The notes below the pieces were generated by a model. It did not search any database, was not told the origin of the DNA, and was given only the letters and a program-made list of their open reading frames with translations. From Dehalococcoidia bacterium (GTDB taxonomy: Bacteria > Chloroflexota > Dehalococcoidia > Lucifugimonadales > JAGWBF01): a stretch of DNA of 64,000 nt. This document shows, one piece after another, positions 8,601 through 16,649 of this stretch. The stretch lies in contig OZ244824.1 of assembly GCA_965220375.1 (NCBI GenBank), positions 98,311-162,310 on the forward strand. Direction: 5' to 3'. Position 1 is the first letter of the stretch; every line of letters begins with the position of its first letter. The translations under genes were made by a program, and so were the position numbers.

Positions 8601-9402
8601 TGGTGCCATCATCATCTATGAACACGACGGGTCTGAGACCACCACCGGAGGGTTCTCCTACACCGCCAGCGATGGCAGTGCCCAGGACACAGCATCGGTC
8701 GTGCTAGATGTGATCCCGGTGAACGACCCGCCAGTGGCAGGCGCAGACAGGGCTGCTGTGAGCGAGGGAGGCGCGCTCCTGCTGGATGCATCAGAACTGC
8801 TGGCCAACGATACTGACCTTGACAGCGAGACACTCTCGGTGGTCCAGGTCAGCAACCCTGTCAACGGCATTGTTCGCCTGGATGGTGCCATCATCATCTA
8901 TGAACACGACGGGTCTGAGACCACCACCGGAGGGTTCTCCTACACCGCCAGCGATGGCAGTGCTCAGGACACAGCATCGGTCGTGCTAGATGTGACCCCG
9001 GTGAACGACTCGCCAGTGGCAGGCGCAGACAGGGCTGCTGTGAGCGAGGGAGGCGCGCTCCTGCTGGATGCATCAGAACTACTGGCCAACGATACTGACC
9101 TTGACAGCGAGACACTCTCGGTGGTCCAGGTCAGCAACCCTGTTAACGGCATTGTTCGCCTGGATGGTGCCATCATCATCTATGAACACGACGGGTCTGA
9201 GACCACCACCGGAGGGTTCACCTACACCGCCAGCGATGGCAGTGCCCAGGACACAGGATCGGTCATACTGGATGTGTCCCTGATCAACGACACCCTCCCG
9301 CAGTTTGCAATTGGTCTTTTGATTGGAGTGGTGATTCTTATAGGCGGGGTACTTGTGGTAGTACTTCTGATCAAAGTTAGGAGGTCAAGAGGGACCTCAT
9401 AG
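5644..9402 (+). CDS. Giant surface protein: signal peptide, LRR block, FN3-like domain, second LRR block, five ~94-aa cadherin-like (tandem-95 type) repeats, C-terminal TM anchor
   Basis: N-cap DRDALVALYEATDGPNWKNNSNWISDEPLGAWHGV followed by about 10 LRRs. FN3-like stretch (YLSVSWTAPEE...YEIQVKAVD). Repeats are PVNDPPVA..D...V.EG...L....LLAND.D.....L.V..V....NG.V.LDG..I.Y.HDGSETT.G.F.Y..SDG. TM anchor FAIGLLIGVVILIGGVLVVVLLI + KVRRSRG. The TTG start at 5644 is uncertain. Confidence 0.85.
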   Translation: MRSPTVGKRERLTLARPIGTSSVNFKSSLWAGSIALALLIITIAAQPTDAQAGSPSVDRDALVALYEATDGPNWKNNSNWISDEPLGAWHGVWTDVTGQVTDLDLQDNQLTGEIPAELGNLTNLRRLDLWGNQLTGEIPAELGGLVNLGRLVLGGNQLTGEIPAELGDLANLRQAWLRSNRFTGKIPTELGKLANLQALLLSDNQLTGEIPADLGRLNSLSLLSLRDNQLTGEIPADFLNLTNLRWLDLRDNRLNGEIPTELGGLVNLESLYLDGNQLTGEIPAALGDLSNLQELALSDNQLSGDIPVELTKLNNLRKLFIKGNALTGCIPRELRDGVWVWVDAGLPFCDLLLNDLIFSPGSLTPSFDPHRAHYTAVVAPLFTVLTSSYQDTTVHFLDEDSVEMADADLTTPGFQIDFLDEDSVEMADADLTIPGFQIGIGPVSSTIRIKVVTEDGAATHTYTVEVILIPGAPTIHTVKEGGGYLSVSWTAPEEAAGVQIASYDLRYIMTTADETVDSNWTVSRNVRSAMTDTDLQYPITGLSAGAQYEIQVKAVDHGGLSGLWSAAATGVPSTPSVCVTGGSVTDVTNSGIISDCETLLAARDILAGDVALNWSPNTPMKDWDSVAIGGTPLRVASLSANNKGLNGTIPAELGDLAGLQQLNLAQNRLAGSIPAELGELVNLRMLDFSANRLTGRIPSQIGRLRDLRSLLLQGNEFTGVVPPELGGLHNLVEVDLSDNDLLGCPPQVWGVRISQIAVPACFAAEGMGFTVETSYLQNADLLRITAVGDAVNGMVTLDGSTINYVHDGSETTAGSFTYTVSDGTHSATVQVNIIVSPVNDPPVAVEDALAVLEGATVAVQTHELLANDFDAEADALSVTTVAGASNGYGTLDGTTIIYAHDGSETTVGSFIYTVSDGTDSATGLVNIIVSPVNDPPVAGADKAAVSEGGALLLDASELLANDSDFDSETLSVVQVSNPVNGIVRLDGAIIIYEHDGSETTTGGFSYTASDGSAQDTASVVLDVIPVNDPPVAGADRAAVSEGGALLLDASELLANDTDLDSETLSVVQVSNPVNGIVRLDGAIIIYEHDGSETTTGGFSYTASDGSAQDTASVVLDVTPVNDSPVAGADRAAVSEGGALLLDASELLANDTDLDSETLSVVQVSNPVNGIVRLDGAIIIYEHDGSETTTGGFTYTASDGSAQDTGSVILDVSLINDTLPQFAIGLLIGVVILIGGVLVVVLLIKVRRSRGTS
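8434..9279 (+). repeat. Three near-identical 282-bp tandem coding repeats (cadherin-like units)
   Basis: The CCGGTGAACGAC unit start recurs at 8434, 8716 and 8998 (exact 282-nt period). The translated units differ at only a few residues. Confidence 0.9.
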
Positions 9403-9449
9403 CCCAGGAATCTTCCGGGCATCGGTGATCTAATTTGTGTGAATGGGCT

Positions 9450-9766
9450 CTGCCCCGTACTTTGTACCAGTCGTGGTGTTAGTCTCGCGGGGTCATGGTC
9501 CTGCCCCATTCTCTGTACCAGTCGTAGTGTTAGTCTTGCAGGTCATTGGACCCCTGCCAAGGCCACCAGGGCAAAGGGTTCCGTTTGCTTCTGAGGTATG
9601 GACTATCTGGACATTCACACTATACGCCAAAAGCAAACGGAACCGTGAGACCCAATGGGAGTGTTGCCTGCTGGGGCCCCCTATCCTTCCCACTACATGA
9701 GTGGTTCAGATGATGGGGCAGGACCAACGACACGCGAGCCTAACATCGCAGTTGTATTTAAAAGGG
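9450..9766. repeat. Composite non-coding repeat: A units (9450-9500, 9501-9578), B palindrome (9577-9644) and an inverted A-like unit (9715-9766)
   Basis: A-unit core TGTACCAGTCGTRGTGTTAGTCT recurs at 16193, 16272 and 16326. The inverted unit GGGGCAGGACCA..CGCGAG.CTAAC matches the reverse complement of A1. Confidence 0.75.
9577..9644 (+). repeat. B palindromic element, copy B1 (68 bp; 14-bp perfect arms GGTTCCGTTTGCTT / AAGCAAACGGAACC)
   Basis: Read directly. Same family as 41675-41744 and 41892-41961; a half copy lies at 18586-18605. Confidence 0.85.
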
Positions 9767-9850
9767 GGCACAACCACCGGGGGCAGGTCACTTGCACCGG
9801 CAGAATGGTATAGTGCATTAAGATGACAACGTGTTCATATTGACATCACT

Positions 9851-11920
9851 TTGAAGATGAATGAGGATCCTGTCTTTTTGAGGGATTGTCTTTTGATTGA
9901 CCGAACAAGACTAATGCGGCGGGCTGCTTGTATGGGGGTTTTGCTCCTGGTCGCCACCGCGATGGCTGCAGGTTGCGAGGGCGCCCCCCAGCCCACACAC
10001 AGCCCGCCTCCAACCTCGGTTCCCCCGCTCACTCCCACGTCGCTCCCTACGCCTTTTCCTCATACAACCTTGACTGCCACCTCGGAGCCGAAATCCACAC
10101 TCCGGCCGACGGCAACGTCGGGCCCAACACCAACCCTCGTGCCAACCGCCACACCACACCCTACCCCAACCCGACTACCAACCGCCGCCACTCCTCCGAC
10201 ACCCTCTCCAACACCTGAGCCGACGATCGGTGCAATAGATTGCAACGACCAACGTCTCATAGCCGAGATCATTGAACTATCGGAGGAACGGGAGAACACC
10301 CTCTCTCCCCGCATTCTAAAGCTCTACGAAGACAAGCTCGAGGAGGTTGAGCGCTCAACGAAGATGTTGAGCTGCCAAGCTGATGCAAAACTCAGCGCCG
10401 GGGGGGATTTTCATATTACCTATCGCTACGAGGTTGATAGGGATGGTGACGCTTTCATTAGTTATACCGTCGGAGACCCAGTACAGCCGCCTAGCGCCCA
10501 TTTGAGTGACGCATTCCCTATCGGCGCAACCATGAGAGGAGCAGACGGCACTGAGATTCGGGAATTACAAACTATAGCGGATGCTCGGCCACTGGTGTAT
10601 GCAGAAAACCAATTCAACGACCCCCCGAAAGAAGGAAATCGCTTCGTCATGGTCAGAGTGGAGGTTGTCAATCCCTCGGATGCTCTGCAATCCGTTGAAG
10701 TTAGCTCCTTGGAGTTTGAACTAATAGGAAACAACAGAGTTATTTACACTTTCTCTGATGGTTGTGGAGTAATCCCGAATGAACTGGACCGCGAAATTTT
10801 TCCTGGAGGACGTGAAGAGGGCAATGTTTGCTTTGAGATACCGGAGACCGAGGGCGGACTGATACTGGTCTATAATCCCGGGTTCGATACAGAGACCCGG
10901 CGTTTCCTCCAACTCGGGGAGATTGAAGACCCGGCGGCAATCGTCTTTTCAGACTTGAATTGGACCACCGTCCAAGTCCAGAACCGTATTGCCCAGTTTA
11001 TCGTCGAAAACGGCTATGGGTATCCTACTGACACAATTCTTGGCTCAATCGCCCGGAACTTCGAGTTTCTTCGTCAAGGTGATATTCACGTATCTATGGA
11101 GGTGTGGCTACCTAATCAACAGGATGACTGGGATGAAGCTGTCGCCCTCAGACAGGTTGTTTCCCTTGGAAAGAGTCTGGGTGAGAACTGGGAGAGCAAC
11201 TTTGTCATCCCTAAGTATATAGCTGACCAATACCCTGGCCTCAGGACCGTTCAGGACCTGAAAGCACCTGAGTACAGCAAGCTCTTCCAGACTCACGATT
11301 TTATGGGTAAGGCTCGTCTGGTTAGCTGCGTTGTGAGGTGGTCTTGCGAGATGGTGGCCCAACAACAGGTCGAGTCTTACGGACTCACTGACTTCGTGAG
11401 TGTCGTTACTCCCAGTTCATTCCAAGTATTCTTGTTGGACCTAGAGGGCAACTACAGCCTACAAGAACCCTGGCTGGGGTATCTTTGGGGGACCGCCGAC
11501 CCTGCGCTGGTTTTGGACCTGGTGCGTTTGGAAGAACCACCTTATACCGAAGAGTGTTGGGCTGCCACTAGGGCCTGCGCATTCGAAGATATCACGATCA
11601 TCATTGCAGCACACGCCAGCTTGGAGAAAAGGGCACCTGACGTAGCGGAGTTTCTCAGGAACTGGGACCTGAGCATTGAGCGTTACAGGCCAATTGCCAA
11701 GTACATCCACGCAAATCTTGACGTGGACATCTGGAATGCAGACAACTGGGACCTGAGTGATGACCAAGCTTGGGATGCCGCCATATGGTACCTGAACAAT
11801 TACGAAGGAGTTTGGTCCGAGTGGGTACCCGCCCATGTATCGGCGAGGGTGAGGGAAGCGCTCAAGAACGAGATTCCAGAGCGGGACCTCGTGATCACGA
11901 GAACCCCCAATATCCCCTGA
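9851..11920 (+). CDS. Lipoprotein with Pro/Thr-rich linker, DUF4352-like beta domain and a ProX/OpuAC-like glycine-betaine-type substrate-binding domain
   Basis: Signal LLLVATAMAAGC. PT-rich linker. GNRFVMVRVEVVNPSD..FELIGNN is DUF4352-like. IVFSDLNWTTVQVQNRIAQFIVENGYGYP..LRQGDIHVSMEVW...YIADQYPGLRTVQDLKAPEYSKLF resembles ProX. No ABC permease or ATPase gene is nearby. Confidence 0.7.
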   Translation: MKMNEDPVFLRDCLLIDRTRLMRRAACMGVLLLVATAMAAGCEGAPQPTHSPPPTSVPPLTPTSLPTPFPHTTLTATSEPKSTLRPTATSGPTPTLVPTATPHPTPTRLPTAATPPTPSPTPEPTIGAIDCNDQRLIAEIIELSEERENTLSPRILKLYEDKLEEVERSTKMLSCQADAKLSAGGDFHITYRYEVDRDGDAFISYTVGDPVQPPSAHLSDAFPIGATMRGADGTEIRELQTIADARPLVYAENQFNDPPKEGNRFVMVRVEVVNPSDALQSVEVSSLEFELIGNNRVIYTFSDGCGVIPNELDREIFPGGREEGNVCFEIPETEGGLILVYNPGFDTETRRFLQLGEIEDPAAIVFSDLNWTTVQVQNRIAQFIVENGYGYPTDTILGSIARNFEFLRQGDIHVSMEVWLPNQQDDWDEAVALRQVVSLGKSLGENWESNFVIPKYIADQYPGLRTVQDLKAPEYSKLFQTHDFMGKARLVSCVVRWSCEMVAQQQVESYGLTDFVSVVTPSSFQVFLLDLEGNYSLQEPWLGYLWGTADPALVLDLVRLEEPPYTEECWAATRACAFEDITIIIAAHASLEKRAPDVAEFLRNWDLSIERYRPIAKYIHANLDVDIWNADNWDLSDDQAWDAAIWYLNNYEGVWSEWVPAHVSARVREALKNEIPERDLVITRTPNIP

Positions 11921-12330
11921 GGCCCCTGTTGAGTGGTCTTGAATCCGAAGACTGGTCCAAGAGGAATGTTAGGCTTAGACAGCATTGGTCCTGCCCTGGA
12001 ACAGGATCGGCAAGCGTCAAGGTCTCCGGCGCTGGCGGCGTGTAGCCCCGGGAGTTGTGCGGCCTGACCACGTTATAGGTCTGCCTGTGCCGCTCGGTCA
12101 GCACTCTCACCTCCAGCATCGTGTTTTATCCAGACTTTTTCCCCTTAGTGGTGGTCCCCCAGGCTCGGACGGAGTTCAGGCGCCGTCGATCTTGGCTTAG
12201 AAGTCGCTCTTGGACGCACTTTTCAATTCCTGGCGCGAACCAGACTGAACACCCGCTCCGGGTGTTTGCCCAGTCTGCTCCACAAAGATGTTCCGGATCG
12301 GCAAGGCTACATAGGTCGAAGGTCTAGCCC
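11895..12330 (-). pseudogene. rve-type transposase C-terminal remnant (multiple stops and frame changes)
   Basis: MLEVRVLTERHRQTYNVVRPHNSRGYTPPAPE matches the conserved ..YN..RPH..LGY.PPAPE tail. The upstream frames are broken. Confidence 0.5.
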
Positions 12331-12472
12331 ATGACAAGCGCTCGGCCCCGCTTGGGTCGGCATGCACCTCCATTTGGCCCACGTCCTAATCTGTGAGCAT
12401 TCACATCGCGCTGACCTGCGATAGGCCGCGTATAGTCAGTGCGGGGTTCAAATCTCCAAAGCGAATCGAAGC

Positions 12473-12507
12473 GTGAAGGTTCTTGATTTTGTCCAGTTAG
12501 GTGGGCT
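12473..12507 (+). repeat. R1 hairpin-core repeat, copy c2 (tail homology continues to about 12545)
   Basis: GTGAAGGTTCTTGATTTTGTCCAGTTAGGTGGGCT followed by TCTATTGACGATTAACAGAAC, matching the c6 tail TATTTTGACGATAAACAGAAC. Confidence 0.8.
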
Positions 12508-12595
12508 TCTATTGACGATTAACAGAACAGTGGTCGAACTCTTCTCGGGCCTTTGCCCACTTCCCCCGATACGCGCTCTGCGCAATACTAGGCCC

Positions 12596-15500
12596 CTAGG
12601 TCCGGTTGCGATTCCTCAGCACAACGACAGCTCCGCTGCTGGCGATTGCCACGGCCACAACGGTGATGAGCAAGATGACCCACAAGCCAATCCCGCCATC
12701 GTCGGATAGTGTCACAGATATCTTAACTGTGGCAGTGTCGGCATCCGTACCATCGCTCACAGTGTAAGAGAAACTACCCTCCGTCGTCTCTGAATCGTCA
12801 TGTTCGTAGATGATGGTCGCGCCATCTAAGAGGACTCTTCCGTTGACCGCATCCCCGACAGCCGTGATGCTCAGGGTGTCATTCTCCTCATCAGTGTCGT
12901 TGGCCAAGAGGGCTGACGCCTCAATATAGAGAGTGTTTCCCTCATCCACCGTCTCCAAGTCACCGGCCGCCACTGGCGGATCGTTCACAGGGGTCACTGT
13001 GAACGTAACTGTGGCAGTGTCTGTATCCGTGCTATCGCTCACGGTGTAAGAGAAACTACCCTCCGTCGTCTCCGAATCGTCATGTTCGTAGATGATGGTC
13101 GCACCATCTAGGAGGACTCTTCCGTTGACCGCATCCCCGACAGCCGTGATGCTCAGGGTGTCATTCTCCTCATCAGTGTCGTTGATCAAGAGGGCTGACG
13201 CCTCAATATAGAGAGTGTTTCCCTCATCCACAGCGCTCATATCGCCGGCCGCCACTGGCGGATCGTTCACAGGGGTCACTGTGAGCGTAACTGTGGCAGT
13301 GTCTGTATCCGTGCCGTCGCTCACGGTGTATAAGAAACTACCCTCCGTCGTCTCCGAATCGTCATGTTCGTAGATGATGGTCGCGCCATCTAGGAGGACT
13401 CTTCCTTTGACCGCATCCCCGACAGCCGTGATGCTCAGGGTGTCATTCTCCTCATCAGTGTCGTTGGCCAAGAGGGCTGACGCCTCAATATAGAGAGTGT
13501 TTCCCTCATCCACCGTCTCCAAGTCACCGGCCGCCACTGGCGGATCGTTCACAGGGGTCACTGTGAACGTAACTGTGGCAGTGTCTGTATCCGTGCTATC
13601 GCTCACGGTGTAAGAGAAACTACCCTCCGTCGTCTCCGAATCGTCATGTTCGTAGATGATGGTCGCGCCATCTAGGAGGACTCTTCCGTTGACCGCATCC
13701 TTGACAGCCGTGATGCTCAGGGTATCATTCTCCTCATCAGTGTCGTTGACCAAGAGGGCTGACGTCTCAATATAGAGAGTGTCTCCTTCATCCACAGCGC
13801 TCATATCGCCGGCCGCCACTGGCGGATCGTTCACAGGGGTCACTGTGAGCGTCACCGTTGCCGTTGAAGAATGGCGGACGTCGCTAGCCGTGTAGGTGAA
13901 GCTATCAGTCGTTGTCTCCGAGCCGTTATGCACATAGACAATCGTAGACACGTCCAGTGAAACCGTACCATTAGCAGCGTCTCCAACGTCCGTGATGCGG
14001 AGGGTGTAGTTTTCTGTTTCCAAGTCGTTGGCTAGCAGTACCGACTCATCGATCCTTATCGCACCTTCCTCTTCCACCGTCAACAAAATGGAGGAATCGA
14101 CGACGGTCGGATTGTCGTTGATTGCGAAACAGAACTTTAGGTTAGTGTCCTCGAAGCGGTCCTTATAGAAACGGCTCAACCCCAGTGGCACACAACCGGT
14201 CAGATCGTTTGCCTGCACCCAGAAACCAGTTAGGTTAGGGAGGTCGGCTAGAACAGACGGGATCTCCCCGGTTAACCGGTTGTCGCCCAACTCCAAGTTA
14301 CCGAGATTAGCGAGTAGTCCTAAGGCGGCCGGTATCTCGCCAGTCAACATGTTGCCGCTTAGGTACAGATGCGACAGATTGGCAAGGCCGCCCAAAAAGG
14401 GTGGGATTTCGCCAGTGAGCCGATTGTCACGCAATGCCAAAATCCACAACTTCTCCAGACTGCTGAATCCCCTAGGGATAATTCCGGATAGGTGGTTGCC
14501 AGATAGGCTCAGCGACGTAAGATTGGAGAGCCTTCCCAATTCTACCGGTATTTTACCGAAGAATTGGTTGTCGCTAAGATCCAAATCCTCGAGTTGGCTT
14601 AATTTGCTGATCTCTCCAGGAATCTCTCCCATCAACTCGTTGTCGCTAAGATCCAAACTCTCGAGTTGGCTTAGTTTGCTGATCTCTCCGGGAATCTCTC
14701 CTGTCAACTCATTGCCATTCAGCCACAATAGGTGTAGGTTGGCAAGCTGTCCGATCTCCGTCGGTATCTGTCCGGAGAGCTTGTTATTGTTCAATGTCAA
14801 TATCTCTAGAGAGTTCAGCTTGCCTAGTTCTGGCGGTACACCCCCAGTCAATTCGTTGCTCCAAAGGTCTAACCATTCTAGGTAAAAGAGCTCACCCAAT
14901 GCCGCAGGGATACTCCCTGCCAGCTTGTTGTAGCCAAGACTCAGAGACTTTAGATTGGTTAGCCCGCCAAACTCCTCCGGGATCACTCCAGTTAACCGAT
15001 TACTACTTAGATGTAACTCGGTTAGGTTTTTCAGAGCACCTAACTCCTCAGGTACCTCGCCGCTCAGCTGGTTGCCATATAGCCGCATCTCTTTCAGATT
15101 CGTAAGTCTTCCAAGTTCTGTCGGAATTTCGCCCGTCAACGAATTATGGAACAACAGCAGTCCCTCTAGACTTACGAGATCGCCGAGTGCTGGCGGGATC
15201 CCTCCTTCCAGCTGGTTTTTGCCTAGGTCCATGGTGTGGAGGGTTGTAAGTCGGCCCAGAGCATCCGGGATCCCTCCTTCCAGCTGGTTTTTGCTTAGGT
15301 CCATGGTGTGGAGGCCTGTAAGTCGGCCCAGAGCATCCGGGATCCCTCCTTCCAGCTGGTTTCTGCTTAGGTCCATGGTGTGGAGGCTTGTAAGTCGGCC
15401 CAGAGCATCCGGGATCCCTCCTTCCAGCTGGTTTTTGCTTAGGTCCATGGTGTGGAGGCCTGTAAGTCGGCCCAGAGCATCCGGGATCCCTCCTTCCAGC

Positions 15501-15988
15501 TGGTTTCTGCTTAGGTCCATGGTGTGGAGGCTTGTAAGTCGGCCCAGAGCATCCGGGATCTCTCCAGTCAAACTATTATTATCGAGCTCCAAGACCCACA
15601 GGCCTGTAAGTCGGCCCAACGCTGCAGGTATGCTGCCCTTGAGGCTGCTATTCGCACCACCGTCTCCACCAAGCCACAACCCCCTGAGCCTTGCTGGAGA
15701 TCCTCCTATGGTAAGACCCTCCCACTTGTACATCGATGTATCGGCGTTCCAGATGAGCCTCCGTCCACCCTGCGATAGAATGTCTCGAGACTCCAGGAGT
15801 ACTTCGCAATCCTCCACTAACAAAGGGTTGTCTTCCGGGTTTTCCACAGCAATGCCACTGGAACAAGTCTCGGCCGCAGCATCGGCCACAACCATGTCTC
15901 TGTCCGATGACAGGAACATGATCAAGGTGATTAGGCCCACCTTCATGAACATTGCGAACGGTCCAAGGTTGGCAGGATGATTGGTCAT
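12596..15988 (-). CDS. Giant surface protein: signal peptide, about 21 LRRs, five ~94-aa cadherin-like repeats, C-terminal TM anchor
   Basis: Cap EDCEVLLESRDIL...WNADTSMYKWEGLTIGG. The LRR consensus is as in the paralogs. C-cap GCVPLGL...LKFC. Repeats carry TPVNDPPVAAGD...LLANDTDEENDTLSITAV.DAVNGRVLLDGATIIYEHDDSETTEGSF.YTVSD. TM anchor GLWVILLITVVAVAIASSGAVVVL + RNRNRT. Confidence 0.9.
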   Translation of the reverse strand: MTNHPANLGPFAMFMKVGLITLIMFLSSDRDMVVADAAAETCSSGIAVENPEDNPLLVEDCEVLLESRDILSQGGRRLIWNADTSMYKWEGLTIGGSPARLRGLWLGGDGGANSSLKGSIPAALGRLTGLWVLELDNNSLTGEIPDALGRLTSLHTMDLSRNQLEGGIPDALGRLTGLHTMDLSKNQLEGGIPDALGRLTSLHTMDLSRNQLEGGIPDALGRLTGLHTMDLSKNQLEGGIPDALGRLTTLHTMDLGKNQLEGGIPPALGDLVSLEGLLLFHNSLTGEIPTELGRLTNLKEMRLYGNQLSGEVPEELGALKNLTELHLSSNRLTGVIPEEFGGLTNLKSLSLGYNKLAGSIPAALGELFYLEWLDLWSNELTGGVPPELGKLNSLEILTLNNNKLSGQIPTEIGQLANLHLLWLNGNELTGEIPGEISKLSQLESLDLSDNELMGEIPGEISKLSQLEDLDLSDNQFFGKIPVELGRLSNLTSLSLSGNHLSGIIPRGFSSLEKLWILALRDNRLTGEIPPFLGGLANLSHLYLSGNMLTGEIPAALGLLANLGNLELGDNRLTGEIPSVLADLPNLTGFWVQANDLTGCVPLGLSRFYKDRFEDTNLKFCFAINDNPTVVDSSILLTVEEEGAIRIDESVLLANDLETENYTLRITDVGDAANGTVSLDVSTIVYVHNGSETTTDSFTYTASDVRHSSTATVTLTVTPVNDPPVAAGDMSAVDEGDTLYIETSALLVNDTDEENDTLSITAVKDAVNGRVLLDGATIIYEHDDSETTEGSFSYTVSDSTDTDTATVTFTVTPVNDPPVAAGDLETVDEGNTLYIEASALLANDTDEENDTLSITAVGDAVKGRVLLDGATIIYEHDDSETTEGSFLYTVSDGTDTDTATVTLTVTPVNDPPVAAGDMSAVDEGNTLYIEASALLINDTDEENDTLSITAVGDAVNGRVLLDGATIIYEHDDSETTEGSFSYTVSDSTDTDTATVTFTVTPVNDPPVAAGDLETVDEGNTLYIEASALLANDTDEENDTLSITAVGDAVNGRVLLDGATIIYEHDDSETTEGSFSYTVSDGTDADTATVKISVTLSDDGGIGLWVILLITVVAVAIASSGAVVVLRNRNRT
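12700..13860 (-). repeat. Four near-identical ~282-bp tandem coding repeats (cadherin-like units, alternating A/B subtypes)
   Basis: Long identical DNA blocks, e.g. GTCACTGTGAACGTAACTGTGGCAGTGTCTGTATCCGTGCTATCGCTCACGG, recur two units apart. Boundaries are approximate. Confidence 0.8.
15189..15548 (-). repeat. Five tandem 72-bp LRR-coding units (nearly identical)
   Basis: GCATCCGGGATCCCTCCTTCCAGCTGGTTT recurs at 15261, 15333, 15405 and 15477. The units encode alternating RLT(S/G)LHTMDLS(R/K)NQLEGGIPDALG. Confidence 0.9.
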
Positions 15989-16172
15989 TGCTAAGACCCC
16001 TTTCGGAATGCCAACAAACTCATTTGCCGCAATGCAATTCTAACAGCGGTTGCCAAACCCATGCTGAACAACTTACTCCCCCGCTACCAACTTGAGCGAT
16101 TCCCTCATTCAACACTTGACATGCTCTCCGAAAGCGGTATCAGTGGCAACGAGCGTCCTCCGGGGGTTTGAT

Positions 16173-16387
16173 CCTGTCCTATTCTATGTACCAATCGTAG
16201 TGTTAGTCTTCCAGGTCATTAGACCCCTGACGAGGCCACTAGGGCAAAGGGCTCTTGGCCTGCCCCACGAAAACTGGTCAAGTCTATTGTTAGTCTTGGG
16301 CCACATGGGCCGGCTCCGTTCCTCGTACCGATCTTAGTGTTAGTCTTGCGGGTCATTGAACCTCTACCGAGGCCACTAGGGCTAAGG
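16173..16387. repeat. Array of three A units (non-coding), upstream of the 12596-15988 gene
   Basis: Units share ..GTACCRATCKTAGTGTTAGTCTTSC.GGTCATT.GA.C.CT....GAGGCCACTAGGGC.AAGG with 9450-9578. Spacing is irregular (about 80 and 54 nt). Confidence 0.75.
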
Positions 16388-16404
16388 ATTATGAAGTGTA
16401 AATG

Positions 16405-16439
16405 TCTCCACCACGCTTGACAAAATCAAGGACTTTCCA
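16405..16439 (-). repeat. R1 hairpin-core repeat, copy c3 (diverged)
   Basis: The plus strand reads TCTCCACCACGCTTGACAAAATCAAGGACTTTCCA. The CTTGA-N5-TCAAG stem is kept. The downstream ACCTTCAGATTGG matches c6/c7 ACCTTCAATCTG. Confidence 0.7.
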
Positions 16440-16649
16440 GTTGACCTTCAGATTGGTCCTATAGACTCTCGGCCCTTCTGGTCTTGGAAGAACGCGTGTA
16501 TCGCGGGGGCCAGTAGTCAACTGGCCCCCGCGCATTGGTCCATAGCTTGGTGCATTGCTGCGTGTTCCCGTAAGGGCTGCCTGATATGCGATGATGAGCG
16601 GGGCTACAGCACCAGGGATTGGGCTGACGGCCCGGTTAGTGGGGGCAGC

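Noticed and set aside
9450-9600. Possible CRISPR array (repeated TGTACCAGTCGTRGTGTTAGTCT with ~25-nt intervals; also 16173-16387).
   Set aside because: There are only 2-3 units per locus, the repeats are degenerate, spacing is irregular (50, 54, 80 nt) and the intervening sequence is itself conserved between units. No cas genes are present. It behaves as a tandem repeat unit, not repeat-spacer.
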